The notes beneath the pieces are model-generated. The model did no database searches. It was not told the DNA's origin and saw only the letters and a list, made by a program, of their open reading frames with translations. Shown in pieces: positions 8,887 through 18,712 of a stretch of 64,000 nucleotides of DNA. Each line of letters opens with the position of its first letter. Positions within the stretch are counted from its first letter, which is position 1. The translations under genes were made by a program, and so were the position numbers. The stretch comes from an uncultured bacterium (GTDB lineage: Bacteria; Auribacterota; Erginobacteria; Erginobacterales; CAZKCI01), in contig CAZKCI010000121.1 of assembly GCA_964551475.1 (NCBI GenBank), positions 14,308-78,307 of the forward strand, read 5' to 3'.

Positions 8887-11744
8887 GCCGAGACGGAAAA
8901 CGCCGCGCCGAGGCGCCCTCCCCCCGCCGGACCCGGTCGGCCGCGGGCCAACAAGCTCCCCCGCTCCAGTTGTCCGCGGCCGGGGGCGTCCTGAACAAAT
9001 TCCGCGCCATCTTCGGGGCCGCGCGCGACCCCATCCTGCTCTTCGCCCTCGGCGAAGATTTTCTCCCGACTGCCATCGTCAATGCCAACCCCGCGGCGGT
9101 CCGTCTCCTCGGCCGCTCGCGCCGGGATCTCCTCCGCCTGAATCCCCTGGAACTGATGGGGACGGAACGGCGGAAGCACGTGGAAGAGATTCGCGACATC
9201 CTGCGCCGGCAGGGGGCCTGCGTCTTCATCGATCGCCTCAGAGCGGCGGATGGAACCGCGCGCGAGGTGGAGGTCAGCCTGACCGTCGTCAAGATCGACG
9301 GGCGCACCTTCGCGCTCAACATCAGCCGCGACCTCACCGAACAGCGAAAAACCGAACAGGCGCTGCGGGAATCGGAGCAGACCTTCCTCGCCCTGGCCGA
9401 ACAGTCTCCGACCATGATCTTCATCAACCAGGGCGGGAAGATCGTCTACGCCAACCCTTCCTGCGAAAAACTGATGGGTTACTCCCGGGCCGAGTTCTAC
9501 GCCGACGGCTTCGATTTCCTGAGGCTGATCATGCCGGAACACCATCCCGCTATCCGGGAGAATTTCCAGATCCACCAGAACGGCCAGGAAGTGACGCCGA
9601 TCGAATACGCGCTCCGAACCAAAACCGGGCCCAGGCTGTCGGCGATCACCAGCACCCGCCTGATCTATTTTCGGGGCGGCCGGGCCATCCTGGGCGTGGT
9701 CACCGACATCACCGAGCGCAAACGGGCGGAGGCGGAACTCGAGAACTACCGCCTGAACCTGGAGCAGCTGGTGGAGGAGAGGACGGCGGAGCTCTCCTCC
9801 TCCGAGCAGAAGTTCCGAGCCCTGGTGGACAACATCGCCGTCGGCATTTCCCTGATCAGCCCGGAGATGAGGATAGTGACCCTCAACGCCCAGATGCGCC
9901 GCTGGTTCCCCGCCGCTGACCCCGCCGCCGCCCCTCTCTGCTATCGCAGTTTCAACAACCCTCCCCGGGACCAGGTCTGCTCCTACTGCCCGACCATTCA
10001 GACGCTGCGCGACGGACAGGTCCACGAGGCGGTCACCGAGACCCCGGCCGGGGGAGGCATCGTGAACTACCGGGTCATCTCCTCCCCGATCACCGACTCC
10101 CGGGGAAAGGTGATCGCGGCGATCGAGCTGGTGGACGACATCACCGCCCAGCGGCAAACCGAAGAGGAACTGGAGAAATACCGCCGGCGGCTGGAGGATC
10201 TGGTCCGGGAGCGGACCGAGCAGCTGCGCCGGAGCGAGGAGATCTTCCGGATCGCCGCCCAATCCACCAGCGACCTGATCTACGACTGGGACATCGGCAG
10301 CCAGCGGCTGGAATGGCTGGGCAACATCGACCGGGCGCTGGGGTACGAGTCCGGCGAGTTCCCCCGGACCATCTCGGCCTGGGAAAACGCCATCCATCCC
10401 GAAGACCGGGGGCGGGTGCTGGCCGCCCTCCGGGACCATCTGGAACGCCGCCGGGAGTGGGAGCAGGAATACCGGATCCGCACCAAGGGCGGATCATATC
10501 GCCACTGGCTGGACCACGGCAGCGCGATCCGGACGGCGGACGGAGCCGCCTCCCGGATGATCGGCTGCTGCGCCGATGTCACCGAGAAAAATCGGATGGA
10601 AGAGGAACTCCTGAAGGCCCAGAAACTCGAGTCGGTGGGACTGCTCGCCGGCGGGATCGCCCATGACTTCAACAACATCCTCACCGGCATACTCGGCCAC
10701 ATCTCGCTGGGTCGCCTGATCGCCCCTCCCGAATCAAAAATCGCCCGGACCTTGAGCGAAGCGGAGAAGTCCTGCCTCAGGGCGAAAGCCCTGACCCAGC
10801 AGCTGCTGACCTTCTCCCACGGCGGCGCGCCGGTGAAAAAGGCCGGGCACCTGGGGGCGCTGCTGCAGGAGACGGCGGAGTTTGTCCTGCACGGATCGCG
10901 CATCAAGGTCCGCCTGGCCGTTGCCGACGACCTCTGGCCGGTGGAGATGGACGAGGGCCAGATTTCGCAGGTGATCAACAACATCGTCCTCAATGCCGTC
11001 CAAGCCATGCCCGAGGCGGGCACCATCGCCATCCGGGCCGCCAACGTCTTTCTCGACGGGGAATCCGGCCTCCTCCTGAACCCGGGGCCTTATGTCGAGG
11101 TGGAAATCTCCGACCAGGGGGCGGGAATCCCTTCCGAGCATCTCCCGCGGGTCTTCGATCCCTATTTCACCACCAAGCAGAAGGGAAGCGGCCTGGGCCT
11201 GGCCATCGCCTACTCGATCGTCAAGCACCACGGCGGAGTGATCTCGGTCGCGTCGGAGGCGGGCCAGGGCTCCACCTTCATCATCCGTCTGCCCGCCGCG
11301 CCGGGCGCGGCGATCGCGCCGGCGCCGGAGGCGGAGCTGCCTCCGGTGAGGGGGACGGGGAAAATCCTGGTGGTGGACGACGAGGAAACCGTCCGGAGGG
11401 TGGCCACGGAAATCCTTTCCCATCTCGGCTATGAAGCCAAGGATGCCCGGGGATCGTCGGAGGCGATCGAACTCTACGCCCAGGCCCGCGCCGGGGGGGC
11501 GCCCTTTTCGGCGGTGATCATGGATCTGACCATCCCCGGCGACGTCGACGGGGTGGCGGTGGCCTCCAGGATCCTCGAACTCGACCCCGCAGCGAGGATC
11601 ATCGTCTCCAGCGGCTATGCCGTCTCCCCGATCATGTCCGACTACGCCGCCCACGGTTTCGTCGGGGCGATCGCCAAGCCCTACCAGATCCGGGAGCTGA
11701 GCGAGGTGCTGGGAAGGGTACTGAATCTGAAATCTGAGATCTGA
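8883..11744 (+). CDS. Multi-PAS hybrid sensor histidine kinase (about 4 PAS domains, HisKA, HATPase_c, C-terminal receiver domain)
   Basis: H-box IAHDFNNILTGILGH, ATPase N/G boxes, C-terminal REC (KILVVDDEETVRR...MDLTIPG), repeated PAS signatures; start overlaps the upstream stop (ATGA). Confidence 0.9.
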   Translation: MSRDGKRRAEAPSPRRTRSAAGQQAPPLQLSAAGGVLNKFRAIFGAARDPILLFALGEDFLPTAIVNANPAAVRLLGRSRRDLLRLNPLELMGTERRKHVEEIRDILRRQGACVFIDRLRAADGTAREVEVSLTVVKIDGRTFALNISRDLTEQRKTEQALRESEQTFLALAEQSPTMIFINQGGKIVYANPSCEKLMGYSRAEFYADGFDFLRLIMPEHHPAIRENFQIHQNGQEVTPIEYALRTKTGPRLSAITSTRLIYFRGGRAILGVVTDITERKRAEAELENYRLNLEQLVEERTAELSSSEQKFRALVDNIAVGISLISPEMRIVTLNAQMRRWFPAADPAAAPLCYRSFNNPPRDQVCSYCPTIQTLRDGQVHEAVTETPAGGGIVNYRVISSPITDSRGKVIAAIELVDDITAQRQTEEELEKYRRRLEDLVRERTEQLRRSEEIFRIAAQSTSDLIYDWDIGSQRLEWLGNIDRALGYESGEFPRTISAWENAIHPEDRGRVLAALRDHLERRREWEQEYRIRTKGGSYRHWLDHGSAIRTADGAASRMIGCCADVTEKNRMEEELLKAQKLESVGLLAGGIAHDFNNILTGILGHISLGRLIAPPESKIARTLSEAEKSCLRAKALTQQLLTFSHGGAPVKKAGHLGALLQETAEFVLHGSRIKVRLAVADDLWPVEMDEGQISQVINNIVLNAVQAMPEAGTIAIRAANVFLDGESGLLLNPGPYVEVEISDQGAGIPSEHLPRVFDPYFTTKQKGSGLGLAIAYSIVKHHGGVISVASEAGQGSTFIIRLPAAPGAAIAPAPEAELPPVRGTGKILVVDDEETVRRVATEILSHLGYEAKDARGSSEAIELYAQARAGGAPFSAVIMDLTIPGDVDGVAVASRILELDPAARIIVSSGYAVSPIMSDYAAHGFVGAIAKPYQIRELSEVLGRVLNLKSEI

Positions 11745-11757
11745 GATCTGAGATTTT
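11725..11757. repeat. Short GARATCT heptamer array (ctgaatctgaaatctgagatctgagatctgagattttt) forming the 3' end of the kinase gene and its T-run; family B
   Basis: The last 6 codons (NLKSEI) and the stop codon of the kinase lie inside the repeat. Confidence 0.8.
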
Positions 11758-13241
11758 TATTCGCTCCACCTCCCGGCCATCAACTCGCCGTCCTCCCCGT
11801 CCACCTCCCCGTCTCCGTTAAGATCGGCCGGGCCCGATCCCGTCCCGAAGGCGCTCATCAGAATCCCGTAGTCCCGGCTGTCCACCACGCCGTCGTCGTT
11901 GAGATCGGCGTCGATCGGACGGAGCAGGATCGCCGCGGCATGGGGCGGGAGAGTCAGCGAATCGACGGAGGCAAAGGACAGGCTTCCGGAGGGGAGGCCG
12001 TTCTCCGGGACCGCCCCTCCCCCGCTCGCCGAGACCAGGCGGAAACTCCCGCCCAGATCGGAGATCTGCCGAGTCGCCTCCGCAGGGTTCACCAGCACTA
12101 ATCCTTCCTCGTAATCGCGGCGATAGACGTTCCAGGACGAGTCATAAAGACCGGCGACGGCGGCGGGAATCTCCCCGAGGTAGCCGCCGAGGTCGATCTC
12201 GTATTCAGGGAACCACTCGCAGTCCACCTCCGCCCCGGAGAGCGTGACGTAGGTCTGGTTCCCCTTGATCAGAAGGCAGCAACCGACGAGAAACATCCTC
12301 TCCCGATAGTCGGCGACGGGGGGATCGCACTCGAGAAGCAGGATCTTCCCGGCCCGGGCGAGGGCGAGCAGGCGGTCCATCTGGAGGACCCAGTCGGAGG
12401 GATCATAATAATCCCCCGGCCCCCATTCGCCGAAACCCTCGTTCATGCCTCCGTCGCCCAGGGCGGCGTAATCGGTGGCGTCCCAACCCGTCACCAGGCC
12501 GCCCAGATTGGGGAGAAAATAGAAGTTCTCGGTTTGGGCGGCGAAGGCGGACCGGATGCAGGAAGCATACGATTCCAGGTGGGGTATCCAGCCGGCGAGG
12601 CAGGCATCCACGTCGTTGAACCAGGGATGGGCGCTCGCCACCTGTCCGAAGTAGCCGTCGATGGTGAAGGAATCGGCGAAGACGCCGTCGCACTCGGTCC
12701 GCCGCATCTTCGTGAGGCAGGAGGCGACCCAGTACTCAGGATAGCCGGTGGAGGGAGCGGACCCGTTGCATGTGATGTCCATGACATACCATCCCCAGCC
12801 GCTCTGATGGACTCTCTCCCCTCCCCAGAGAACGAACCAGTCGTCCTGGCCGGAGACCGGTCCCGCGCCGGCATAGGAGCGAAAATCGGCTAGGCCGTCG
12901 TCCCAGTCCTGAACCCAGTCGTCTCCGTCGATGAAATGAAACGGTCCCTGGCCGAGGCCGAGCTGATAATGGAGGACAAGAAAATCCCGGTTGTGGCTCC
13001 GCAAAGTCCTGGCTTCGGAGAGGAGAGCCTTCTGGCAGCCGGCATAATGGGTGGCGGCGAATCGCCACTGTTCGTCCGTAAGCCAGGAAGGAAGCTGGTC
13101 GTAGAAAACGCGGATCTCCTCCCGGGTGTCGGGAAAGGGTCGGCGCGCGGCCGGGGAGAGGGGGGGAAGCGCGAACAGCGCCAGAATCATGGAGGAAAAG
13201 GCAACCGGCCGTCGAGCGATCATGCCTCCCTCTCCGAACAC
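11757..13241 (-). CDS. Secreted protein with putative glycoside-hydrolase-like domain and C-terminal type-I dockerin repeat pair
   Basis: Signal peptide; C-terminal DLNDDGVVDSRDYGILMSAF and DLNGDGEVDGEDGELMAGRW match the dockerin Ca-binding repeat consensus; N-terminal domain not confidently assigned. Confidence 0.7.
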   Translation of the reverse strand: MFGEGGMIARRPVAFSSMILALFALPPLSPAARRPFPDTREEIRVFYDQLPSWLTDEQWRFAATHYAGCQKALLSEARTLRSHNRDFLVLHYQLGLGQGPFHFIDGDDWVQDWDDGLADFRSYAGAGPVSGQDDWFVLWGGERVHQSGWGWYVMDITCNGSAPSTGYPEYWVASCLTKMRRTECDGVFADSFTIDGYFGQVASAHPWFNDVDACLAGWIPHLESYASCIRSAFAAQTENFYFLPNLGGLVTGWDATDYAALGDGGMNEGFGEWGPGDYYDPSDWVLQMDRLLALARAGKILLLECDPPVADYRERMFLVGCCLLIKGNQTYVTLSGAEVDCEWFPEYEIDLGGYLGEIPAAVAGLYDSSWNVYRRDYEEGLVLVNPAEATRQISDLGGSFRLVSASGGGAVPENGLPSGSLSFASVDSLTLPPHAAAILLRPIDADLNDDGVVDSRDYGILMSAFGTGSGPADLNGDGEVDGEDGELMAGRWSE

Positions 13242-13242
13242 A

Positions 13243-13395
13243 GCGATCAGTAATCAGTGATCAGTGATTTCAACTTTCAGATTTGAGATCTCAGATTTGA
13301 GGTCTGAAATTTGAGATCTGAAATCTGAGATCTGAAATTTGAAATCTGAGATCTGAAATTTGAAATCTGAGATTTGAGATTTGAGATTCCGGATC
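13243..13395. repeat. Composite heptamer array: CAGTRAT units (13243-13275) then about 17 YTGARAT heptamers; families C and B
   Basis: Every unit falls on a strict 7-bp phase (ttcagat ttgagat ctcagat ttgaggt ctgaaat ...). Confidence 0.9.
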
Positions 13396-13398
13396 TCC

Positions 13399-14685
13399 TC
13401 ACCTGCTCAACGGTATATCTCCCGCCTGGCCGAAGTAGAAGGACGTGTCCTCCCTGACCTCCCAGAACCCCGTCTCGGGGTGAAAGCAGCCCATCCGCGC
13501 CGTTCCCCCCGTCCCCGTGTAATCGGCCGGAACGGGGATGTCTCCGGCGACGCCCGAAAACACCCGGGTGACGCCGCGAACCGTCCAGAGACCGCTCTCC
13601 GGCCGAAAGAGAGCGACGTCGGCCAAGCCGTTGCCGTCATAATCGGCGGGTATGGGAACATCGCCGGAACGGCCGAAGTTGAGTCGGGTGAGATTCCTCA
13701 CCGCCCAGAGGCCGGCGGAGGGGCGAAAGATCGCCGCTTCGGCTCTCCCGTCATGGTCGAAGTCCGCCGGAACGGGATAGTCGTCGGAGTTTCCAAAAAA
13801 GAAGCGGGTGAGGTTTCTCACCGCCCACCTTCCGTCCGCGGGGCGATAGACGGCGATGTCGCACGATCCGTCTCCCGACCAATCCCCCGGCACGGGAAGG
13901 TCGGAAGCACCCCCGAAATAGATTCGCGCGCCGGTTTTCACGGCCCAGAGGCCGGAAGAGATGCGGTAGACCGCGGCCTCGGCCTTGCCGTCGCCGGTGT
14001 AGTCGCCGGGCGCGGGGATATCGCCGGAAGAACCGAGATAAAAAGAGGTGACTCCCCGGACCGCCCAGAGACCGATGCCGGGACGAAAGAGAACCGCCTC
14101 GGCGGCCGGGTCGGCGTCGTAATCGGAGCTCTCCCCCCGCGGCGGCGGAAAGACCCGATAGCTTCCCCCCCAGACCGCGGAGAGGAGATCGGTCCCCAGG
14201 CCGTCGTCCCTGATCGCGTTGGAATCCCCTCCCGCTCCGGGGGCGAGGAAATAATACGTGAGCGCTATCGGGGAAAAGCATCGGACGGGCGTGGCCAGGA
14301 TATCGGCTACGGCCACCGCGCTGCCGTTGAGGGCGGTCTGATGGGGAGTCCCGACCACCACCTGAACTCTCCCGTCCCCGAAAGTCGAGCGGGCCAGAAA
14401 ACGAAATTGTCCCGGTCCGGGAGGATCGGCGACGTTCGGGGTCACGGAGTCGATGCGGAGAGACGCCGGGTCGTAGATCAGAATCGGGTCGGCGACGACC
14501 ACGGACTCCCCCTGTGTGTCCATCGCCATCCGGAACGGGGAAGGGACGCCGTAATACATGCTTCCCGCGCCGGGATCAAGGCTCAAGGTGGCGGCGATAG
14601 CGCCGGCGGGGAGGGAGAGCGACAGGAAAGCGGCGATGACCCGACGGAAGAGAATCCTCGTCGTCAATCCGGGGCGGATGCGCAT
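13399..14685 (-). CDS. Secreted FG-GAP/VCBS-repeat protein, paralogous to the C-terminal half of the 2914-5151 product
   Basis: Signal peptide starting MRIRPGLTTRILFRRVIAAFLSLSLPAGAIA (ATG 14685); about 6 repeats PxPGDYxGDGxxExAVxRPxxGLWAVRxxTRxxFG. Confidence 0.75.
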   Translation of the reverse strand: MRIRPGLTTRILFRRVIAAFLSLSLPAGAIAATLSLDPGAGSMYYGVPSPFRMAMDTQGESVVVADPILIYDPASLRIDSVTPNVADPPGPGQFRFLARSTFGDGRVQVVVGTPHQTALNGSAVAVADILATPVRCFSPIALTYYFLAPGAGGDSNAIRDDGLGTDLLSAVWGGSYRVFPPPRGESSDYDADPAAEAVLFRPGIGLWAVRGVTSFYLGSSGDIPAPGDYTGDGKAEAAVYRISSGLWAVKTGARIYFGGASDLPVPGDWSGDGSCDIAVYRPADGRWAVRNLTRFFFGNSDDYPVPADFDHDGRAEAAIFRPSAGLWAVRNLTRLNFGRSGDVPIPADYDGNGLADVALFRPESGLWTVRGVTRVFSGVAGDIPVPADYTGTGGTARMGCFHPETGFWEVREDTSFYFGQAGDIPLSR

Positions 14686-14785
14686 ACTAATAGTTAGCAC
14701 GCGAGAAGGGGGAAAGCAAATCAAGGAAGGGGTGTTTCTCCCATTCACCATTCACCATTCCCTATTCCCCATTCACTATCTGTTC

Positions 14786-15547
14786 CTAGGAGATCGTCCC
14801 CCCGATGTACTCCCGGGTCATCTCCTTCTGGGGGTTCCGAAAGATCTCCTGGGCGGGACCGGCTTCGATCAGTTCGCCGAGGTAGAGAAAGACGACGTAA
14901 TCGGCGAGCCTTTTCGCCTGGCGGAGGATGTGGGTGACGATGACGATGGTGTAGTCGTCCTTGAGCTCGAGAAACCTCTGCTCGATTTTCCGGCTCGACT
15001 TGGGATCGAGCGCGGAAGTGGGCTCGTCGCCCAGGATGATCTCGGGCTCCACCGCCAGCCCCCGGGCCAGGCAAAGCCTCTGCTGCTGCCCCACGGAAAG
15101 GCGCGAAGCGGGTTGGGAGAGGCGGTCCTTCACTTCCTCCCAGAGATCGGCTTCCCGGAGATATCTCTCGACCAGCGGGACGAGGATCTTGCGGCTCCTC
15201 GTCCCGTGGATGCGGGGGCCGTAGGCGACATTGTCGTAGATCGACATCGGGAGCACGAAAGGGCGCTGGGAGAGGAGGCCCATCTTCTTGCGGATCGCCG
15301 TCACCTCGACCCGCGGATCGAAGATGTTCTCCCCGTCCACCACGATCTCCCCGGAAATCCGCGCCCCCTCCACCAGATCGATCATCCGGTTGAAGGACTT
15401 GAGCAGAGTCGATTTGCCGCAGCCGGAGGGGCCGATGATCGCGGTGATCTTCTTCTCCGGGATCTCCACCGAGATGTTCTTGAGGGCGGGGGCGGGACCG
15501 TAAGAGACGGAGAGGTTGCGAACACTGATATGGGTCTTGAAGTCCAT
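14786..15547 (-). CDS. pstB: Phosphate ABC transporter ATP-binding protein PstB
   Basis: Walker A GPSGCGKST, signature LSVGQQQRL, Walker B, typical PstB length; start taken at MDFKTH. Confidence 0.9.
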   Translation of the reverse strand: MDFKTHISVRNLSVSYGPAPALKNISVEIPEKKITAIIGPSGCGKSTLLKSFNRMIDLVEGARISGEIVVDGENIFDPRVEVTAIRKKMGLLSQRPFVLPMSIYDNVAYGPRIHGTRSRKILVPLVERYLREADLWEEVKDRLSQPASRLSVGQQQRLCLARGLAVEPEIILGDEPTSALDPKSSRKIEQRFLELKDDYTIVIVTHILRQAKRLADYVVFLYLGELIEAGPAQEIFRNPQKEMTREYIGGTIS

Positions 15548-15585
15548 TTTACGTGTTACGTGCAACGTGCCACGTGCCACGGCCA
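15548..15585. repeat. ACGTGYA heptamer array (acgtgtt acgtgca acgtgcc acgtgcc acgg) between pstB and pstA; family H
   Basis: Same heptamer as the 20940-21010 element. Confidence 0.7.
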
Positions 15586-15632
15586 CCCTGGCAGCGGTTC
15601 ATCGCCTTTCTCCGGTTTCACTCCGCCCTTAT

Positions 15633-16484
15633 CTATCTGACCACATGCCTCGTAAACTTCCTGGCCAGGAGACGGGATAGTAGACTGATCAGAAGAATGA
15701 GTAAAGTGAGGATGAGGGCGGAGGCGTAGGCCCGCTCCCGGACCTCCGGGATGGGCGTGCCGAGCTGGAAGAAGACGGCCAGCGGCAGCGTCGCCGCCGG
15801 GCGCAGGAGCGAGGTGGGAAGAGCGTCGGTAAACCCGGCGGTGAGTATGACCGAGGCGGCGTCGCCGATCCCCCGCCCGAAGGCCAAGAGGATCGCGGTC
15901 ACAATCCCGGGAAGGCTTTGGCGGACGAGGACCTTGAGAGCGGTTTCCAGCCTGGTCGCGCCCAGTGAATAAGACGCTTCGCCGAGCTCGGGCGGGGACA
16001 GCCTCATCACCTCGTCCATCGCCCGGCACATGATCGGCAGGACGAGGAGCGCGACCGTCAGGATCCCGGCCAGGAGCGAGGCCTTGAGTCCCAGGGCGAT
16101 CATCAGCGTGAAACCGAAGGCCCCGTAGACGATGGAAGGCACCCCCCAGAGAACGTCCAGCGAAAAACGGGTGAAGCGGGCGAGGGGCGCGCGGGGATGG
16201 GAGTAGACGTTCAGGTAGAGAACGATCGGAAGGCTCAAGGCCAGGGCGAGTATCGTCGCCCCCCCGGCCAGGAAGAGCGATCCGAGGATGGCGTTGAGCA
16301 CCCCTCCCTCCTTCCCGAGATAGTATCCCCCTTTCGGCGTCTGTGTGATCATCGCTAGGGTCAGGGCGGGAAGGCCCTCGACCACCACCGTGGCGATGAT
16401 CAGACCCAGGGTGAGGAAGATGACGACCGTGGAGGCGATCATCAGCCCCCGGAAGATCCCCTCTTCGATTTTTCTCCCGTTCAT
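15633..16484 (-). CDS. pstA: Phosphate ABC transporter permease PstA
   Basis: Six-TM permease with the EAA-like loop of the PstA family. Confidence 0.85.
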   Translation of the reverse strand: MNGRKIEEGIFRGLMIASTVVIFLTLGLIIATVVVEGLPALTLAMITQTPKGGYYLGKEGGVLNAILGSLFLAGGATILALALSLPIVLYLNVYSHPRAPLARFTRFSLDVLWGVPSIVYGAFGFTLMIALGLKASLLAGILTVALLVLPIMCRAMDEVMRLSPPELGEASYSLGATRLETALKVLVRQSLPGIVTAILLAFGRGIGDAASVILTAGFTDALPTSLLRPAATLPLAVFFQLGTPIPEVRERAYASALILTLLILLISLLSRLLARKFTRHVVR

Positions 16485-16485
16485 G

Positions 16486-17382
16486 TCATTCGATCCTGGC
16501 CTGGATCCTCTTCAGGATCAGGCGGGAGACGACGATGAAAAAGATCACCACGGCGAAGAGGACCAGGGCAGAGAAGAGCAAGGCCGAGTCGTAGAGGGGG
16601 ATGGAGAGCATCTCCCCGTAGTTGTTGGCGATCAGGGCCGGCAGAGGATAGGCGGGGTCGAAGACCCCCCGGGGGACGATCGGGACGTTTCCCGCCACCA
16701 TCAGGACAGCCATGGTTTCCCCGAAGGCGCGGGAGATGCCCAAAACCACCGCCGCGATGATCCCGGGGAGGGCCCGCCGCAGGACCACGAACTTGACGGT
16801 CTGGAAACGGGTGGCCCCCAGGGCGAGCGAGGCCTCGCGCACCTCGCCGGGGACGGAGCGGAAGACCTCGACCGAGACGTGGATGATCACCGGAAAGATC
16901 ATGATCGCCAGGACCGCCCCCCCGGCGAGAACGCAGTAGCCGGTGGAATAGGAACCGAAGAAGGGGGCGATCCGGCCGTTGATCAGGGGGACGATCACCA
17001 GCACTCCCCACAGGCCGTAGACCACCGAGGGTATGCCGGCGAGAACGTCCACCAGGGGGCGGGAGAGCTCGCGGATCAGGCGGGGGGCGTATTCCGAGAA
17101 GTAGACCGCGGAGAGGAGGCAGAGGGGGACGGCGATCACGATGGCCACGGCGGTCACCCAGACCGTCCCCAGGAGGAAGGGGAGAAATCCGAACTCGCCC
17201 TGGCTCGGGCGCCAGGCGGAGGAGAAGAGGAGGGAGGAAAGCGGCCGCAGGGAGAGGATGGGCCAGGATTTAACCAACAGGCCGGCGACGACCAGAAAAA
17301 GGATCACGCCCACCGAGAGGGTGACGGCCAGCATGCCGCTTCGAGCGATGCGGTCCTTAATGAGCCGGTAGGCAATCATCAC
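16486..17382 (-). CDS. pstC: Phosphate ABC transporter permease PstC
   Basis: Six-TM permease, PstC family pattern; adjacent to pstA. Confidence 0.85.
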   Translation of the reverse strand: MMIAYRLIKDRIARSGMLAVTLSVGVILFLVVAGLLVKSWPILSLRPLSSLLFSSAWRPSQGEFGFLPFLLGTVWVTAVAIVIAVPLCLLSAVYFSEYAPRLIRELSRPLVDVLAGIPSVVYGLWGVLVIVPLINGRIAPFFGSYSTGYCVLAGGAVLAIMIFPVIIHVSVEVFRSVPGEVREASLALGATRFQTVKFVVLRRALPGIIAAVVLGISRAFGETMAVLMVAGNVPIVPRGVFDPAYPLPALIANNYGEMLSIPLYDSALLFSALVLFAVVIFFIVVSRLILKRIQARIE

Positions 17383-17424
17383 TCACCAATATATATCCGA
17401 AACTCGGATTTCGAATTTAATCTC

Positions 17425-18378
17425 CTACTGCAGTTTCCCCAATTCTCTCTTCAAAGTTTCCTCTGGCAGGACGATATATCCGGTTTCCGGCACATACTTC
17501 TGCCCTTCGCTGAGGACCCAGATCAGGAAGTCCCTGACCGCCGGCCGCGAGGGCTGGCCCTTGCCGACGAAATAAAGGTCGCGGGCGGGAGGCGAGGGAT
17601 ATTTCCCCTCGGCGATCGCCTTCACCATTTTCCCCTGTGTCTCATAGAAGTCTTCGACCGGAGAAATGGTCCCGTTGCCGTCCAGATCGAGCGGGAGAAC
17701 CATAACCCCTTCCACCGGCTTCCCGGACCGGAAATCGTAGGTGAAGCCGATGTTGTTGAAGCCGATCCCGAGGGCGTCCTTGCGCACCGCCTCGGCCAGC
17801 CCCGGATCGCCGTAGACACCGATCCCCTTCAGATCCTCCTGCTTTCCCCCCAGGTATTTCGCCCAGGTCTCGGCCGCGCCGCAGGCGTCGGAGCGCGTGT
17901 AGACGTGGATCGCGCCGGGAAGGTTCGATTTCAGCGCGGCGGACCAGGTCGTAATGGACCCGGCCATCCAGATCCCCTGGAGCGTTTCCTTGGTAACGCC
18001 TTTGGAGAGCAGGGCGGCGAGATGGGGGTTGGCGCCGCTCACCGTCGGCACGACGGCGTCCTTGGTCACCGCCACCTTCCAGGCCCCTTTGGCCTCCTCC
18101 GCCGGGTTGACCTCCCGGGAGACCATCCCGATGTCCACCATGCCGGCCAGGCAGTCGGCGATCCCCTTCCCCGCTCCGCCGGCGGCGATGTCGATTTTGA
18201 CTCCGGGATGGGTCTTCTGATACTCCTCCGCCCATTTCACCGCCATGGGATAGAGCGCCCAGGCGCCGGATAGGCTGATCGTCTCCTCGGCCTGAGACTC
18301 CTCCCCCGCGGGGAGACCAAAAGAGAAAGTCAGCAGGCCGATCAATAATGCCGCGATAGCGAATAAGGTCTTCTTCAT
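17425..18378 (-). CDS. pstS: Phosphate-binding protein PstS (periplasmic lipoprotein or signal peptide)
   Basis: Signal peptide; type-2 periplasmic binding fold motifs (AGGAGKGIADCLAGMVDIGMVSR, SGAN); AGGAGG RBS. Confidence 0.85.
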   Translation of the reverse strand: MKKTLFAIAALLIGLLTFSFGLPAGEESQAEETISLSGAWALYPMAVKWAEEYQKTHPGVKIDIAAGGAGKGIADCLAGMVDIGMVSREVNPAEEAKGAWKVAVTKDAVVPTVSGANPHLAALLSKGVTKETLQGIWMAGSITTWSAALKSNLPGAIHVYTRSDACGAAETWAKYLGGKQEDLKGIGVYGDPGLAEAVRKDALGIGFNNIGFTYDFRSGKPVEGVMVLPLDLDGNGTISPVEDFYETQGKMVKAIAEGKYPSPPARDLYFVGKGQPSRPAVRDFLIWVLSEGQKYVPETGYIVLPEETLKRELGKLQ

Positions 18379-18475
18379 GCATCCTCCTTACTCAATCAGA
18401 TTGTTGTAGTAGATACATCAGCGATTTCAGTCATTGCGAGCGAAGCGAAGCAATCTCTTGGTGCGCATGGGAGGG

Positions 18476-18712
18476 TCATATTAAATAACCGAGCTTCCGC
18501 AGTTTCTCTTTCACATCCTCCAGCTCCTTCTTGTCCCAGACCCGGTCCGCCCGGGGGAACGAGTTGCTGGTGGAGGCGATGTCCCGAAGAACGTAGACCA
18601 CAAAGTCGGTCACCGAATCGAAACCGGAGTTTGAGCTGCCCACCAGTTTCTTCAGGTTGAGATAAAGGGGGCGCGGGATCTTGATGGTTACTTTGTCGTT
18701 CTTCTTTTCCAT
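18476..18712 (-). CDS. Small putative ribbon-helix-helix (CopG-like) DNA-binding protein located between the two pstS genes
   Basis: 78 aa; N-terminal KVTIKIPRPLYLNLKKLV is consistent with an RHH beta-strand and helix; lower GC than neighbours; 25-bp overlap with the pstS2 3' end. Confidence 0.4.
   Translation of the reverse strand: MEKKNDKVTIKIPRPLYLNLKKLVGSSNSGFDSVTDFVVYVLRDIASTSNSFPRADRVWDKKELEDVKEKLRKLGYLI

Noticed and set aside
14558-15640. 360-aa forward ORF across pstB
   Set aside because: It is antisense to a textbook PstB (Walker A/B, ABC signature) and its composition is low-complexity.
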